From contig OY969934.1 of NCBI GenBank assembly GCA_963704725.1, forward strand, positions 864,001 through 928,000: 64,000 nt of DNA, given 5' to 3'. A program made the translations under genes and the position numbers. Below the pieces are notes generated by a model. That model made no database searches, was not told the origin of the DNA, and saw only the letters and a list, made by a program, of their open reading frames with translations. Origin of the DNA: an uncultured Actinomycetes bacterium. Lineage in GTDB: Bacteria; Actinomycetota; UBA4738; HRBIN12. Shown in pieces: positions 10,610 through 19,203 of this stretch. The stretch's first letter is position 1. The number at the start of each line of letters is the position of its first letter.

Positions 10610-11116
10610 ATGGGCTGGCGATTCCCGAACCGACGTGTCGTAGGTGAAGGTCGCCTCTCATGGTCGGGCAACGGCCTCAAGAACGGACCGCGGGCGGCCG
10701 TAGGATTGGGTATGGCCGCGCGCAGGTTGGAGCCCGGTCCCATCTTCGCCGACTCACGTCGGCGCTCGGGCCCGCACTCGCGCCGGGACCGCGACTGGCA
10801 GATCGTCATAGTCGGGGTTTCCCTCGTCGCGATGCTCCTGTTCGAGATGTTCCATTCGCCGCCTTGCAGCTTGGCGTTGTCGAAGTGCACGGGAACTGAA
10901 TTCACCGCGAAGATCGCCGTCAACCTCATTTGGGGAACCGTGATGGGGACGTGGGTGGGCGTCGCTCTCGCGGCGATCATGGGCATGATCGTTGACGCCC
11001 TGGACGCCCACCGATCGGGAGGAACGACCGCGCCGTTGGTCCGAATCATCGTCGCGACGGCCGCCGTCATCATCGTCCTCGTGGTCGTCCTCGTGCGGTT
11101 CCATTTCCTTGCGTAG
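10610..11116 (+). CDS. Hypothetical membrane protein (start uncertain)
   Basis: Three hydrophobic segments in the C-terminal two thirds. Confidence 0.5.
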   Translation: MGWRFPNRRVVGEGRLSWSGNGLKNGPRAAVGLGMAARRLEPGPIFADSRRRSGPHSRRDRDWQIVIVGVSLVAMLLFEMFHSPPCSLALSKCTGTEFTAKIAVNLIWGTVMGTWVGVALAAIMGMIVDALDAHRSGGTTAPLVRIIVATAAVIIVLVVVLVRFHFLA

Positions 11117-11256
11117 TAGAGCTGAGGCGCGCAACGTTCGCCGCAACTGTCCGGTTCGGGGCCACGCGAGGCTGCCCCTCCCCCCGGCGGTCCCGGATAG
11201 CCCAGGTCCATGGGGTCTGACCCGCCCCTCCCCCGGCCTGTAGCCTCGCTGTCGCC

Positions 11257-11769
11257 ATGCTTCGTCGGACAGCGTTCGTGACGCTCGCGATCTTCGCGGC
11301 CACATGTTCGATGTCGGAACCGGCCTCGAATGAACCGGTGTCCGGCGATGGCGCCGTGATCATCAGCGGAGACATCGAAGTTCATGACGTGATTCGGCTC
11401 TCGGAAGTGAATTCGTATGCGACGCCCTCACCGCCAGATCGCGAAGGATTCATTGACCTCGAATGGGACGGCCAGACAGTAGGGGTCTACCTGAAGGGTC
11501 CAGCGGCTGAGGGCGAATCGACGAACGTTAAAGTTCACGTTTCCTTCGATGCGGATGACGGGGTTACGTGGCTGTTCGCGTCCAATGTCCGGAAGAACCG
11601 GGGTCGTTGCTCGATCACGATCACGGCCGTTGGTCCTGTTGGACTCGAAGGATCCTTCCGATGCGCCGATGTGCGACCCGTGGTCACTGGCTCGGACGGA
11701 TCTCGCGGGGATCCGCCAGGCCGAGATCCGCGAGTCGAAATCGCGGGGGATTTCGTCGTCAGGACGTGA
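11257..11769 (+). CDS. Hypothetical secreted protein or lipoprotein
   Basis: MLRRTAFVTLAIFAATC signal, beta-rich body with a Cys pair (CSITIT...GSFRC). Confidence 0.65.
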   Translation: MLRRTAFVTLAIFAATCSMSEPASNEPVSGDGAVIISGDIEVHDVIRLSEVNSYATPSPPDREGFIDLEWDGQTVGVYLKGPAAEGESTNVKVHVSFDADDGVTWLFASNVRKNRGRCSITITAVGPVGLEGSFRCADVRPVVTGSDGSRGDPPGRDPRVEIAGDFVVRT

Positions 11770-12037
11770 TCGGCCGTAGGGTCAGATTCGTGGCTGCTGT
11801 CGAATGCCTGCTCTGCCTCCTGTGCTCCAGCCGGCCACCGTCCCGGCGATCGGCAGGTACGACATCGCCGGGCTCGGTGAGGGGACCGTCCCCATGGTTC
11901 CCTGCGAGCGGCACGCCGGCCTTCTCGAGGACCACGTGCTCACGTTGCGCGCGGAGCATCCGAAGGGCGAATAGGCGTCTCTGCCTCCTCGGGAGCGGGC
12001 AATCAAGGTCGAGGGACCACAAGCCGACCCTGAAGAC

Positions 12038-12589
12038 GTGACGACTTCTTCAGCCGCGCCCGTCCCGGAGCTCCAGCTGCACGAGCTCTACCGGGACTGC
12101 GCCCAGATCGCGGCGAGGCTGTTCATCGGCTCCGACCCCTGTCCCGAGAATCCTCTGGAGATCTACCTGCCGGTCCCCTGCGGCGAGCGTGTGCTGGCGG
12201 CCCACCCCGATCTCGTGGTGTCCCTCATCCACACCGGAGCCCACGCTGAGTACCCCGGGCAGATGCTCCTGGTGTGGCCGATCAAGGACGGCCCCGTCCC
12301 CGACGTCCCCAAGGCTCGGCGCGTCGCCCGGCTCATCGCGGAGCACCTGAGACAGGAACCTCACGGAGAGAACGGCCAGCATCCCTTGGTCTATCTCCAC
12401 TGCCAATCCGGGGTGAACCGTTCGGCTCTCATGGCGTGTCTCGTCCTGCTCGAGCAGGGGATGAGCCCGAGGGAGGCCATCTCCCGGGTCCGCGAACGGC
12501 GGCAGGGGTCGCTGTCGGACGAGTACGCCGACTGGCTACGCACTCTCCAAGCCGGCGGACGAGCCATCGGAGGCTCTGCGGGCCGATGA
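12038..12589 (+). CDS. Dual-specificity/tyrosine phosphatase family protein
   Basis: WPIKDG general-acid loop and VYLHCQSGVNRS CX5R motif. Confidence 0.9.
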   Translation: MTTSSAAPVPELQLHELYRDCAQIAARLFIGSDPCPENPLEIYLPVPCGERVLAAHPDLVVSLIHTGAHAEYPGQMLLVWPIKDGPVPDVPKARRVARLIAEHLRQEPHGENGQHPLVYLHCQSGVNRSALMACLVLLEQGMSPREAISRVRERRQGSLSDEYADWLRTLQAGGRAIGGSAGR

Positions 12590-12992
12590 GGGTGATCCGA
12601 TCGACCATGGCCGGTTCCTCGACGAGCTCAGGTCCAGGGCTCACTCCGACGAGTTCCGTTCCGCCATCGACACGATCGGCGCGCGTCTTCCCGACGCCGA
12701 TAGGGATGAGGCGGTGTCGCGGCTCGGCCATGGGATCGCTGCGCTCGAGGCGGTACCCGCCGCGATCTTCGCCTTCCTCAATTGCCCCGACGCCTTCGCA
12801 GATGCCGTGATCGGGGCCGTCAGCCTCGGCGGAGACACCGACACCATCGCCGCCATGACCGGCTCGATCGCCGGCGCCCGCCTCGGCGAACGCGCCATCC
12901 CCGCGATATGGAGAGAGGGGGTTGAAGGAGCCGCCGAGGTGGTCGGGCTCGCAGATGCCCTGTGTGCGCGGTCGGCTCGGGGGTCTTCATGA
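12570..12992 (+). pseudogene. ADP-ribosylglycohydrolase, C-terminal part only
   Basis: EAVPAAIFAFL...AVSLGGDTDTIAAMTGSIAGARLGERAIP. The frame is open upstream into the phosphatase 3' end, but the N-terminal GDA/TDD motifs are absent. Confidence 0.75.
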
Positions 12993-13129
12993 CGTGGGGC
13001 GCAACGGCGTCCAAAGGGTTGTCAGCGGACCGACCTATGCCGATGGGGCGCTGGACGGAACACGGCATGCCACGCCAACCGAAGACCCTACGGCCTACTT
13101 CAACAGCAACGCCGTCTGCGGGCGCGGGG

Positions 13130-13528
13130 TCACTCCATGCCCGGCCATGGCCAGCGTGTCAGATCGGCGTCCACCTGAGCGCCGAGGATGCAGAACTCGT
13201 TGCCTTCGGGGTCGGCAAGGACGATCCACGACACGTCTTCGCCCTGGCCCACGTCGGCGCGTTGTGCGCCTAGTGCGAGCACGCGCTCGACCTCCTCGTC
13301 GCGAGATCGGTCGGTCGGGCTGACGTCGATGTGGACGCGGTTCTTGACCGATTTGCCTTCGGGCACCGGCACGAACGCGATCAGCGGCACCGCGGGGGCC
13401 GGCGGCTTGAGCCACGCGATCTCGTCGTTGGATCCTCCAACCTCCCACCCCAAGACGTCGCCCCAGAAGCGCGCGAGCGCTTCGGGGTCGCGGGCGTCGA
13501 CGATCAACTCGGTGAACCTGCACGCCAT
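13130..13528 (-). CDS. VOC/glyoxalase family protein
   Basis: LARFWGDVLGW, KNRVHID, WIVLADPEGNEFC. Confidence 0.9.
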   Translation of the reverse strand: MACRFTELIVDARDPEALARFWGDVLGWEVGGSNDEIAWLKPPAPAVPLIAFVPVPEGKSVKNRVHIDVSPTDRSRDEEVERVLALGAQRADVGQGEDVSWIVLADPEGNEFCILGAQVDADLTRWPWPGME

Positions 13529-13555
13529 GAGCCCTCCCTCAAACGGAAGCCGGGG

Positions 13556-13825
13556 CTACTTCTTGACGTACACCACCATCGTCGACGGGATCATCCCGGC
13601 TCGCTCCGCCGCCGCCGCCAGTTCCGAAGAGAAGGAGCTCTGCACTGCCTGGAAGGCCTCCATGTCAGGGACGTCCCACGTGCTGGCGACCTGGTTGCTG
13701 CCGTCCGCGGCGACGTAGCTGGCCCCGTCCGACGCGACCGCCGACATCGCGGGGACCATCTCTGCCTTGAACTTCAACCACTCCTCGACGTCGTTGACCG
13801 CCGCGGTGACGATGATCTGGGGCAT
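13556..13825 (-). CDS. Small hypothetical protein (possibly dimeric alpha-beta barrel)
   Basis: 89 aa, strong GC3 codon bias, GGAAGGAG RBS. Confidence 0.7.
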   Translation of the reverse strand: MPQIIVTAAVNDVEEWLKFKAEMVPAMSAVASDGASYVAADGSNQVASTWDVPDMEAFQAVQSSFSSELAAAAERAGMIPSTMVVYVKK

Positions 13826-13882
13826 GACGAGTCTCCTTCCGGACGCCGACCAGCTCGGGGCGGCAACTATACGAGACCCTCA

Positions 13883-15061
13883 CTAGGGTCGGGCGCGCCG
13901 CACTTCGACGCGGTGCTCGCGGTAGCGGATCAGGTCCCAGGCGATCAGGCCGCAGCAGACCGCCGCCGCGAGCGCGAGGGAGGCGAGCGCCGGGAGCTCG
14001 AGTGCTCCTGGGATGAGCGCCAGCATCGCGAGGCCGGCCGTGAGCCGGCCCGGGCCGATCCATCCCGGTCGCTCGGTCGTCGTGTGGCGGATGAAGTGGA
14101 CCACCCGGAACCTTTGAAAGACGTGCGTCAGGTAGTAGAGCGAGAGGCCGCCACAGAGCGCGACCGCGGGGACGGCACCGAGCGGTTCGTCGACGCCCTC
14201 GATCGTCCCCTTCAGGCCGAGGGCGAACAGGACGATCCCGGCGATCATCGGCAGGTGGAGGTAGCGGTAGTAGTCACGCGCGAGCTGGGCCTGCATCGCC
14301 CCGCTCGTCTCCGACAGCTGGCGCTCTGCCAGGACGGCCAGGACGTCGAAGTACGCCCACCAGAGCGCCGCGATGACGAGGATGCCCAGGATCGCCGCCG
14401 AGACGATGCCGGGGGTGAGCGGGACGTGGGTGGCTCCCACGCCCAGGGCGATGACCGACTCACCGAGCGCGATGATGACGATGAGGCCGTAGCGTTCGGC
14501 GAAATGGTTCGGCGAGATGTTGGCCGCCCGTCCGCGACCGAAGACGACGTCTGAGTAGATGACGACGAGCGCGAGCACCCACATCGCCGCTCGCCAGGGG
14601 GTATCGACGAACGCGGCCGCGAAGATGAGGACGGGTCCGGTCGTCTCTCTTGCCGCGAAGCGCGTGAGCCGCCGCAGCGCGTTCCGGTCGCGCCCGCCGC
14701 TGATCATGTAGAGCGCCAGATTGATGAGCCGCACGACCAGGTAGGCGACCGCGAAGAGCACGCCCTCGTCTCCGAACGCGCCCGGGACCGAGAGAGCGAC
14801 GAGGAACATCGCGATCATCGCGGCGAACATCCCCGCGCGCACGATGCCCTCCTCGGGCTCGAGGGAATTCGTCAGCCAGGCATAGCCCGTCCACAGCCAC
14901 CAGATCGCCGCGAGGACGAGCAACCCATGTCCGAGCCCCCGCCAGGTGCGGTCGTTCGACATGAGCTGGGTGACCTGGGTGACCGCGAAGACCACGACCA
15001 GGTCGAAGAACAACTCCAGCGGTGTGACGCGCTGTTCGCGCTCGCCCTGTCGATCGGCCAT
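13883..15061 (-). CDS. ltrA: Low temperature requirement protein A family
   Basis: RVTPLELFFDLVVVFAVTQ, HFAERYGLIVIIALGESVI, LWWAYFD, YLHLPMIAGIV. Confidence 0.9.
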   Translation of the reverse strand: MADRQGEREQRVTPLELFFDLVVVFAVTQVTQLMSNDRTWRGLGHGLLVLAAIWWLWTGYAWLTNSLEPEEGIVRAGMFAAMIAMFLVALSVPGAFGDEGVLFAVAYLVVRLINLALYMISGGRDRNALRRLTRFAARETTGPVLIFAAAFVDTPWRAAMWVLALVVIYSDVVFGRGRAANISPNHFAERYGLIVIIALGESVIALGVGATHVPLTPGIVSAAILGILVIAALWWAYFDVLAVLAERQLSETSGAMQAQLARDYYRYLHLPMIAGIVLFALGLKGTIEGVDEPLGAVPAVALCGGLSLYYLTHVFQRFRVVHFIRHTTTERPGWIGPGRLTAGLAMLALIPGALELPALASLALAAAVCCGLIAWDLIRYREHRVEVRRARP

Positions 15062-15174
15062 CCGAAACCCCTCTTCCTCGAACGGCGCCAGCGTATGCCG
15101 AACCGTTGATCGAAGGCCCGAGTCGCTCCCTCCCCACCGGCGACCTAGAATCAATGATCGAGCGAGGTGATCCG

Positions 15175-16311
15175 ATGTCGTCACTCGTTCCACGCGATCG
15201 GTACGCGGCACTCGGTCGCTGCACGTACCTCAACCAGGCGGCGCTGGGCCTGATACCGGTTCCGGCGGTCGAGGCGATGCATGCCTTCGTGGAGCAGGTG
15301 GCGCAGTACGGCAACCTCTTCCTCAGCGACGACCAGGAGGCTGCCATCCTCGACCGCGTGCGTTCGGCCGGCGCCCGGTTGCTGGGTACCTCAGCCGAGA
15401 AGCTGGCCGTCGTCGGGAGCGCGAGCGAGGGACTCGGCCAGGTCGCGTCGCTGCTCGCGGCCGACCGCGGGACCGTCGTGCTCGTCGCCTCGGACTTCCC
15501 GAGCGTCACCTACCCATGGCTGGTCGACGCCCGGCGACGAGGGATCTCGCTCCGATTCGTCGAGGACCGCCCCGACCGGAACCTCACGCAAGATCTCGTC
15601 GACGCGGTCGATCCGAGCACGGTGGTCGTCGCCTTCGGCGTCGTCCAGTACGCGACCGGTACACGCGTCGACGCCCACCGGGTTGTCACAAGGGCTCACG
15701 AGGTCGGCGCCCGCGCGGTCGTCGATGCGACGCAACTGGCCGGCGCGGGACCCGTCGAGACGGCGTCATGGGGCGCGGATGCGCTGGTGACGAGTGGCTA
15801 CAAGTGGCTTTCCGCCCACGGGGGAGTGGCCTTCCTGGTCCTGGCTCCGGATCTGGTCGGACGGATGCCCGGGCTCGTCGGCTGGAAGGGAACGCGCGAT
15901 CCGTTCGCCTTCGACGCGCAGACCCTTCGACTGGCCGAAGACGCGCGCCGCTTCGAGCTCTCGACCATGTCCTACGCATCCGTCATCGGGCTCGAGTCTT
16001 CGATCGCGATGCTGTCATCCATCGGGGTCCATCGGATCGACCGGCATGCCCGGCGCCTCGCGGAACGGCTCGTCGACGGAGTCGGTGAGTTGGGATGGCA
16101 CCCGTTCAGGCCGCTCGGCGACCCCTCGGCGAGCTCTCACATCGTGTCCCTGCGGCACGCCGACCGCGATCCGGCGGTCGCGGCCGAGCGCCTTGCCTCC
16201 GACCGGCGGATCATCTGCGGTGGCCGAGGTGGTGGTCTGAGGATCTCCCTCCACGTCTACAACGACGACGAAGACGTGGACCGGCTCGTGGAGGCGATGC
16301 GGCGCCTGTGA
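15175..16311 (+). CDS. PLP-dependent aminotransferase class V
   Basis: YLNQAALG, DFPS, VVDATQLAG, SGYKWL (PLP lysine), LRISLHVYND. Confidence 0.9.
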   Translation: MSSLVPRDRYAALGRCTYLNQAALGLIPVPAVEAMHAFVEQVAQYGNLFLSDDQEAAILDRVRSAGARLLGTSAEKLAVVGSASEGLGQVASLLAADRGTVVLVASDFPSVTYPWLVDARRRGISLRFVEDRPDRNLTQDLVDAVDPSTVVVAFGVVQYATGTRVDAHRVVTRAHEVGARAVVDATQLAGAGPVETASWGADALVTSGYKWLSAHGGVAFLVLAPDLVGRMPGLVGWKGTRDPFAFDAQTLRLAEDARRFELSTMSYASVIGLESSIAMLSSIGVHRIDRHARRLAERLVDGVGELGWHPFRPLGDPSASSHIVSLRHADRDPAVAAERLASDRRIICGGRGGGLRISLHVYNDDEDVDRLVEAMRRL

Positions 16312-16381
16312 CGGCGCCTCCGAGGACCTCGGAGGGTTGGGCGTCCAAGGCGAGGCTGCTCGCCTGACGGCGGAGCTCGTC

Positions 16382-18148
16382 TCAGGCGCCGGACCGGATC
16401 CGGGCGGTCGATTCGCTCTCGGCCGGCCAGTGGCCGAGGTCCCCGGCATACGAGATGCGGAGGCGGTACCGTCCGGCCGCCAGGTCCCCGGCGGCGAACT
16501 CGAACTCGCCCGACTGGTTGGTCGTGACCGTCACCGGGGGATGGGCGGCCGGGTCGAGTCGCAGGACGTCCCGGTCGAGCTCGGCGCCGCCCAGGTACAC
16601 GATCGCGGCGTACGCGCTGCCGGCGGAGGACTCGGGGACCGCGGCCTCGACGGAGAAACGGTACGCCGCTCCGGGAGTCACGGGGAACGGCGTCGTCGCG
16701 TCCACGCTCAGCGGCTGGGTGGGCCCGGCGACCAGCCGCAGCATCCGGCCCCCGTCGCGGTCGCTCGCGACGACCGTGGCGCTTCCCTCTCCGTACGGTC
16801 CCCATCCGTCCAGGCCCAGGCCGAAGTCCGGGTTGTGGATCCGGTTGGCCGATCCCTCCTCGGTGTAGGAAGTGCCATAGACGCGCACGTCGGCCTCGCC
16901 CGGCCCGGCGCCCTCGGTGTTGACCCGGAAGACGATCACGGCCGAGGTCGCTTCGTCCGGGACCACCCCGGACAGGCTGAGGACCTGTGTCCCGCCGCCC
17001 AGCGGCGTGGCCTCCAGCGCGACCGCCCCGACGACGGGATCGCCGTCGACCGTCGTCAGGGTCCCGGCGGCGAGCGCACCGTCGCCCGAAGCGGCGCCGG
17101 CCAGCTGCATCATCGTGCGCGCCCCGAAGTACCGCCGGATCAGCCCCGTGAACGTCGACGGGTCGCTCTCGGGGAGCAGGTGGTCGGGGTGGTCGAACCA
17201 GGAGCCGAAGACGACATCGTCGGGGGTCCCTCCCTGCACCTCCTCGTACGCGTACGCCCGCTGCATCGCGAGCGCGGCCCACGCCTCGTCCGAGTCCGTC
17301 TCCCCTCCGTTGTAGTACAGGCCCGTCCGAACCCCTTCGGCGCGCGCCGAGCCCTCCGCGGCGTGGAGCGCCTGGGGCCAATCGGCTCGCTCCCAGTCTG
17401 CGTCCAGGTGCAGGAACGCGAACCGCTCGCCGTTCGCATGCCCGTATGCGCGCAGCCACTCCGCCAGGTCCTCGCTCGAGATGTCGCTCCAGACCGGCTC
17501 GATGTCGCCGATCACGACGTCCGGTTCGACCGTCCTCAAGAGCCGGGCGTAGTCGGAGACCTCCCGCGCGATCCTGTCGGTCGACCAGTGGCACGCGTTG
17601 GCGCCGTCCCAGAACCGGCCGAACGCGAACGGCTCGTCGAGCGCGACGATGTCGACCGTCCCTCCCAGGCTCTGGATGCGCCGCACCTGGTCGAGGGTGA
17701 AGACGCCGCCGAACCCCTCGACGCCGCCGCCGCAATCCTCCGACGCCGGGAGCGGACCCAGCTCCAGCGCCAGAGCCATGCCCCGCCGTTCGACACCCTC
17801 GATGATCGTCCTCAGGTCCTCGTCGGTGGCGTAGTGCTCGACGAACGTCCCGGGGATCGAGAACACCCGGACCCGGTCGGCGGTCTGGGGCCAGGCGTCG
17901 GACGACTCCCACAGATCGAGATAGTCGACGGCGCCGTCGTTGAAGGGCAGGTCCGAGCCGGCCGGCAGGGGCGGAAGCGGGGCGAACCACACCTCCGGCC
18001 CAGAGGTCGCGTCGGGGCTCGGGACCGACCCGGTGGGCGACCCGCCGGTGGTGGTCGCGGTGGGACCCCCGTTCGAGGACGTCGGTCCGGTGCATGCCGC
18101 GATCACCACCAGCGAGGCCGCGAGCGGAGCCATGCCGGCGCTCCGCAT
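16382..18148 (-). CDS. Secreted lipoprotein with a possible glycosidase-like barrel and CBM/Ig-like C-terminal domains
   Basis: Lipobox IAAC, T/P linker, ALDEPF and IGDIEP motifs, IHNPDFGLGLDGW (CBM-like), beta-sandwich tail. Confidence 0.65.
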   Translation of the reverse strand: MRSAGMAPLAASLVVIAACTGPTSSNGGPTATTTGGSPTGSVPSPDATSGPEVWFAPLPPLPAGSDLPFNDGAVDYLDLWESSDAWPQTADRVRVFSIPGTFVEHYATDEDLRTIIEGVERRGMALALELGPLPASEDCGGGVEGFGGVFTLDQVRRIQSLGGTVDIVALDEPFAFGRFWDGANACHWSTDRIAREVSDYARLLRTVEPDVVIGDIEPVWSDISSEDLAEWLRAYGHANGERFAFLHLDADWERADWPQALHAAEGSARAEGVRTGLYYNGGETDSDEAWAALAMQRAYAYEEVQGGTPDDVVFGSWFDHPDHLLPESDPSTFTGLIRRYFGARTMMQLAGAASGDGALAAGTLTTVDGDPVVGAVALEATPLGGGTQVLSLSGVVPDEATSAVIVFRVNTEGAGPGEADVRVYGTSYTEEGSANRIHNPDFGLGLDGWGPYGEGSATVVASDRDGGRMLRLVAGPTQPLSVDATTPFPVTPGAAYRFSVEAAVPESSAGSAYAAIVYLGGAELDRDVLRLDPAAHPPVTVTTNQSGEFEFAAGDLAAGRYRLRISYAGDLGHWPAESESTARIRSGA

Positions 18149-18558
18149 CGACCACCCTCGGGGCGGCAATGGTGACCTCCTCAGCAGCACCTCGAGCTGC
18201 GCCGGGCACCGCCCGGCCGTCGGCCGATGCTACCCGGCCCGGGTGGGCACCGGGCCACCGTCGACGCACGGTCCCGCCGTCGGCGGATCGGCTGTGGACT
18301 GGGATCCCGCGTTGACCTCCCCGTCTGGGCCGCCAGCTGGACCAAGGAACTCGCCGATCCTGCCCGGGGGAGGGTCCCGCGCGGAAGCTGCTCACAGGTG
18401 AAGCCGATGCCACGCACGGCCTCGTTGTACGCGGGAGCATCCGCCGCCGTGACATCAAGGCCGGTGAGCGTGCCTTCCCCGGCGGCGTAGGTCAGGGTGA
18501 GGCTGGGTCCGTTCAAGCTCCATTCCAGTTCATAGCAAGGCCGAGACCGAGGATGCGA

Positions 18559-19203
18559 TCAGGATCGGAGAAAGGTGATCACGGCCAAGACTCGCCGATG
18601 ATCCTCCGGGCTCGGTTCCAGCCCCAGCTTCGAGAAGATCGACCGAGTATGGGCCTCCACCGTCTTTGAGCTCAGGAAGAGGCGCTGACTGATCGCCTGG
18701 TTCGATCGCCCCTCGGCCATGAGCGAGAGAACATCGCGTTCGCGCTCGGTCAGATCGTCGAGCGGCCCGGTCTCTCGCGGGCGCGTCACCAAGCGCGTCA
18801 CGATCTCGGGGTCGACCACGGACTCGCCACGCTCGACGCGGGTGATCGCATCCGACAGCTCGACCATATCGTTCACGCGGTCCTTGAGGAGGTACCCGAT
18901 GCCTCGAGCCCCGTCTGACAGGAGGCGGACCGCGTACACCGTCTCCAGGTATTGCGAGAGCACGAGGATCCCGACCTGCGGCGCGATCGCCCGGATCTCG
19001 TGAGCGGCGCGGATGCCCTCGTCGGTGAACGACGGCGGCATGCGGATGTCCAGGACGACGACGTCGGGCGAGGCCGTCCGAACCGCGTCGAGGAGTTGCT
19101 CCACATCCCCCGCCTGCCCCACGACCTCGAACCCGGACTCCCCGAGCATCCGGGCAAGCCCCTGCCGGAGAAGGACCGAGTCGTCCGCGAGGATCACGCG
19201 CAC
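18559..19203 (-). CDS. NarL/LuxR-family response regulator
   Basis: VILADDSVLLRQG, LDIRMPPSFTDEG, HRRVLAV. GTG start at 19203. Confidence 0.95.
   Translation of the reverse strand: MRVILADDSVLLRQGLARMLGESGFEVVGQAGDVEQLLDAVRTASPDVVVLDIRMPPSFTDEGIRAAHEIRAIAPQVGILVLSQYLETVYAVRLLSDGARGIGYLLKDRVNDMVELSDAITRVERGESVVDPEIVTRLVTRPRETGPLDDLTERERDVLSLMAEGRSNQAISQRLFLSSKTVEAHTRSIFSKLGLEPSPEDHRRVLAVITFLRS

Noticed and set aside
11174-11238. Near-duplicate GCCCCTCCCCC(C)GGC motifs
   Set aside because: Low-complexity and only two copies. Not a CRISPR or an iteron array.
15175-16311. Class V aminotransferase as a selenocysteine lyase or cysteine desulfurase linked to the selenoprotein
   Set aside because: No RxGHHCA or SSGSAC catalytic motif, and it lies more than 33 kb away.
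18370-18535. Protein-like fragment YELEWSLNGPSLTLTYAAGEG... on the minus strand
   Set aside because: No credible start or recognisable family. At most a gene remnant.
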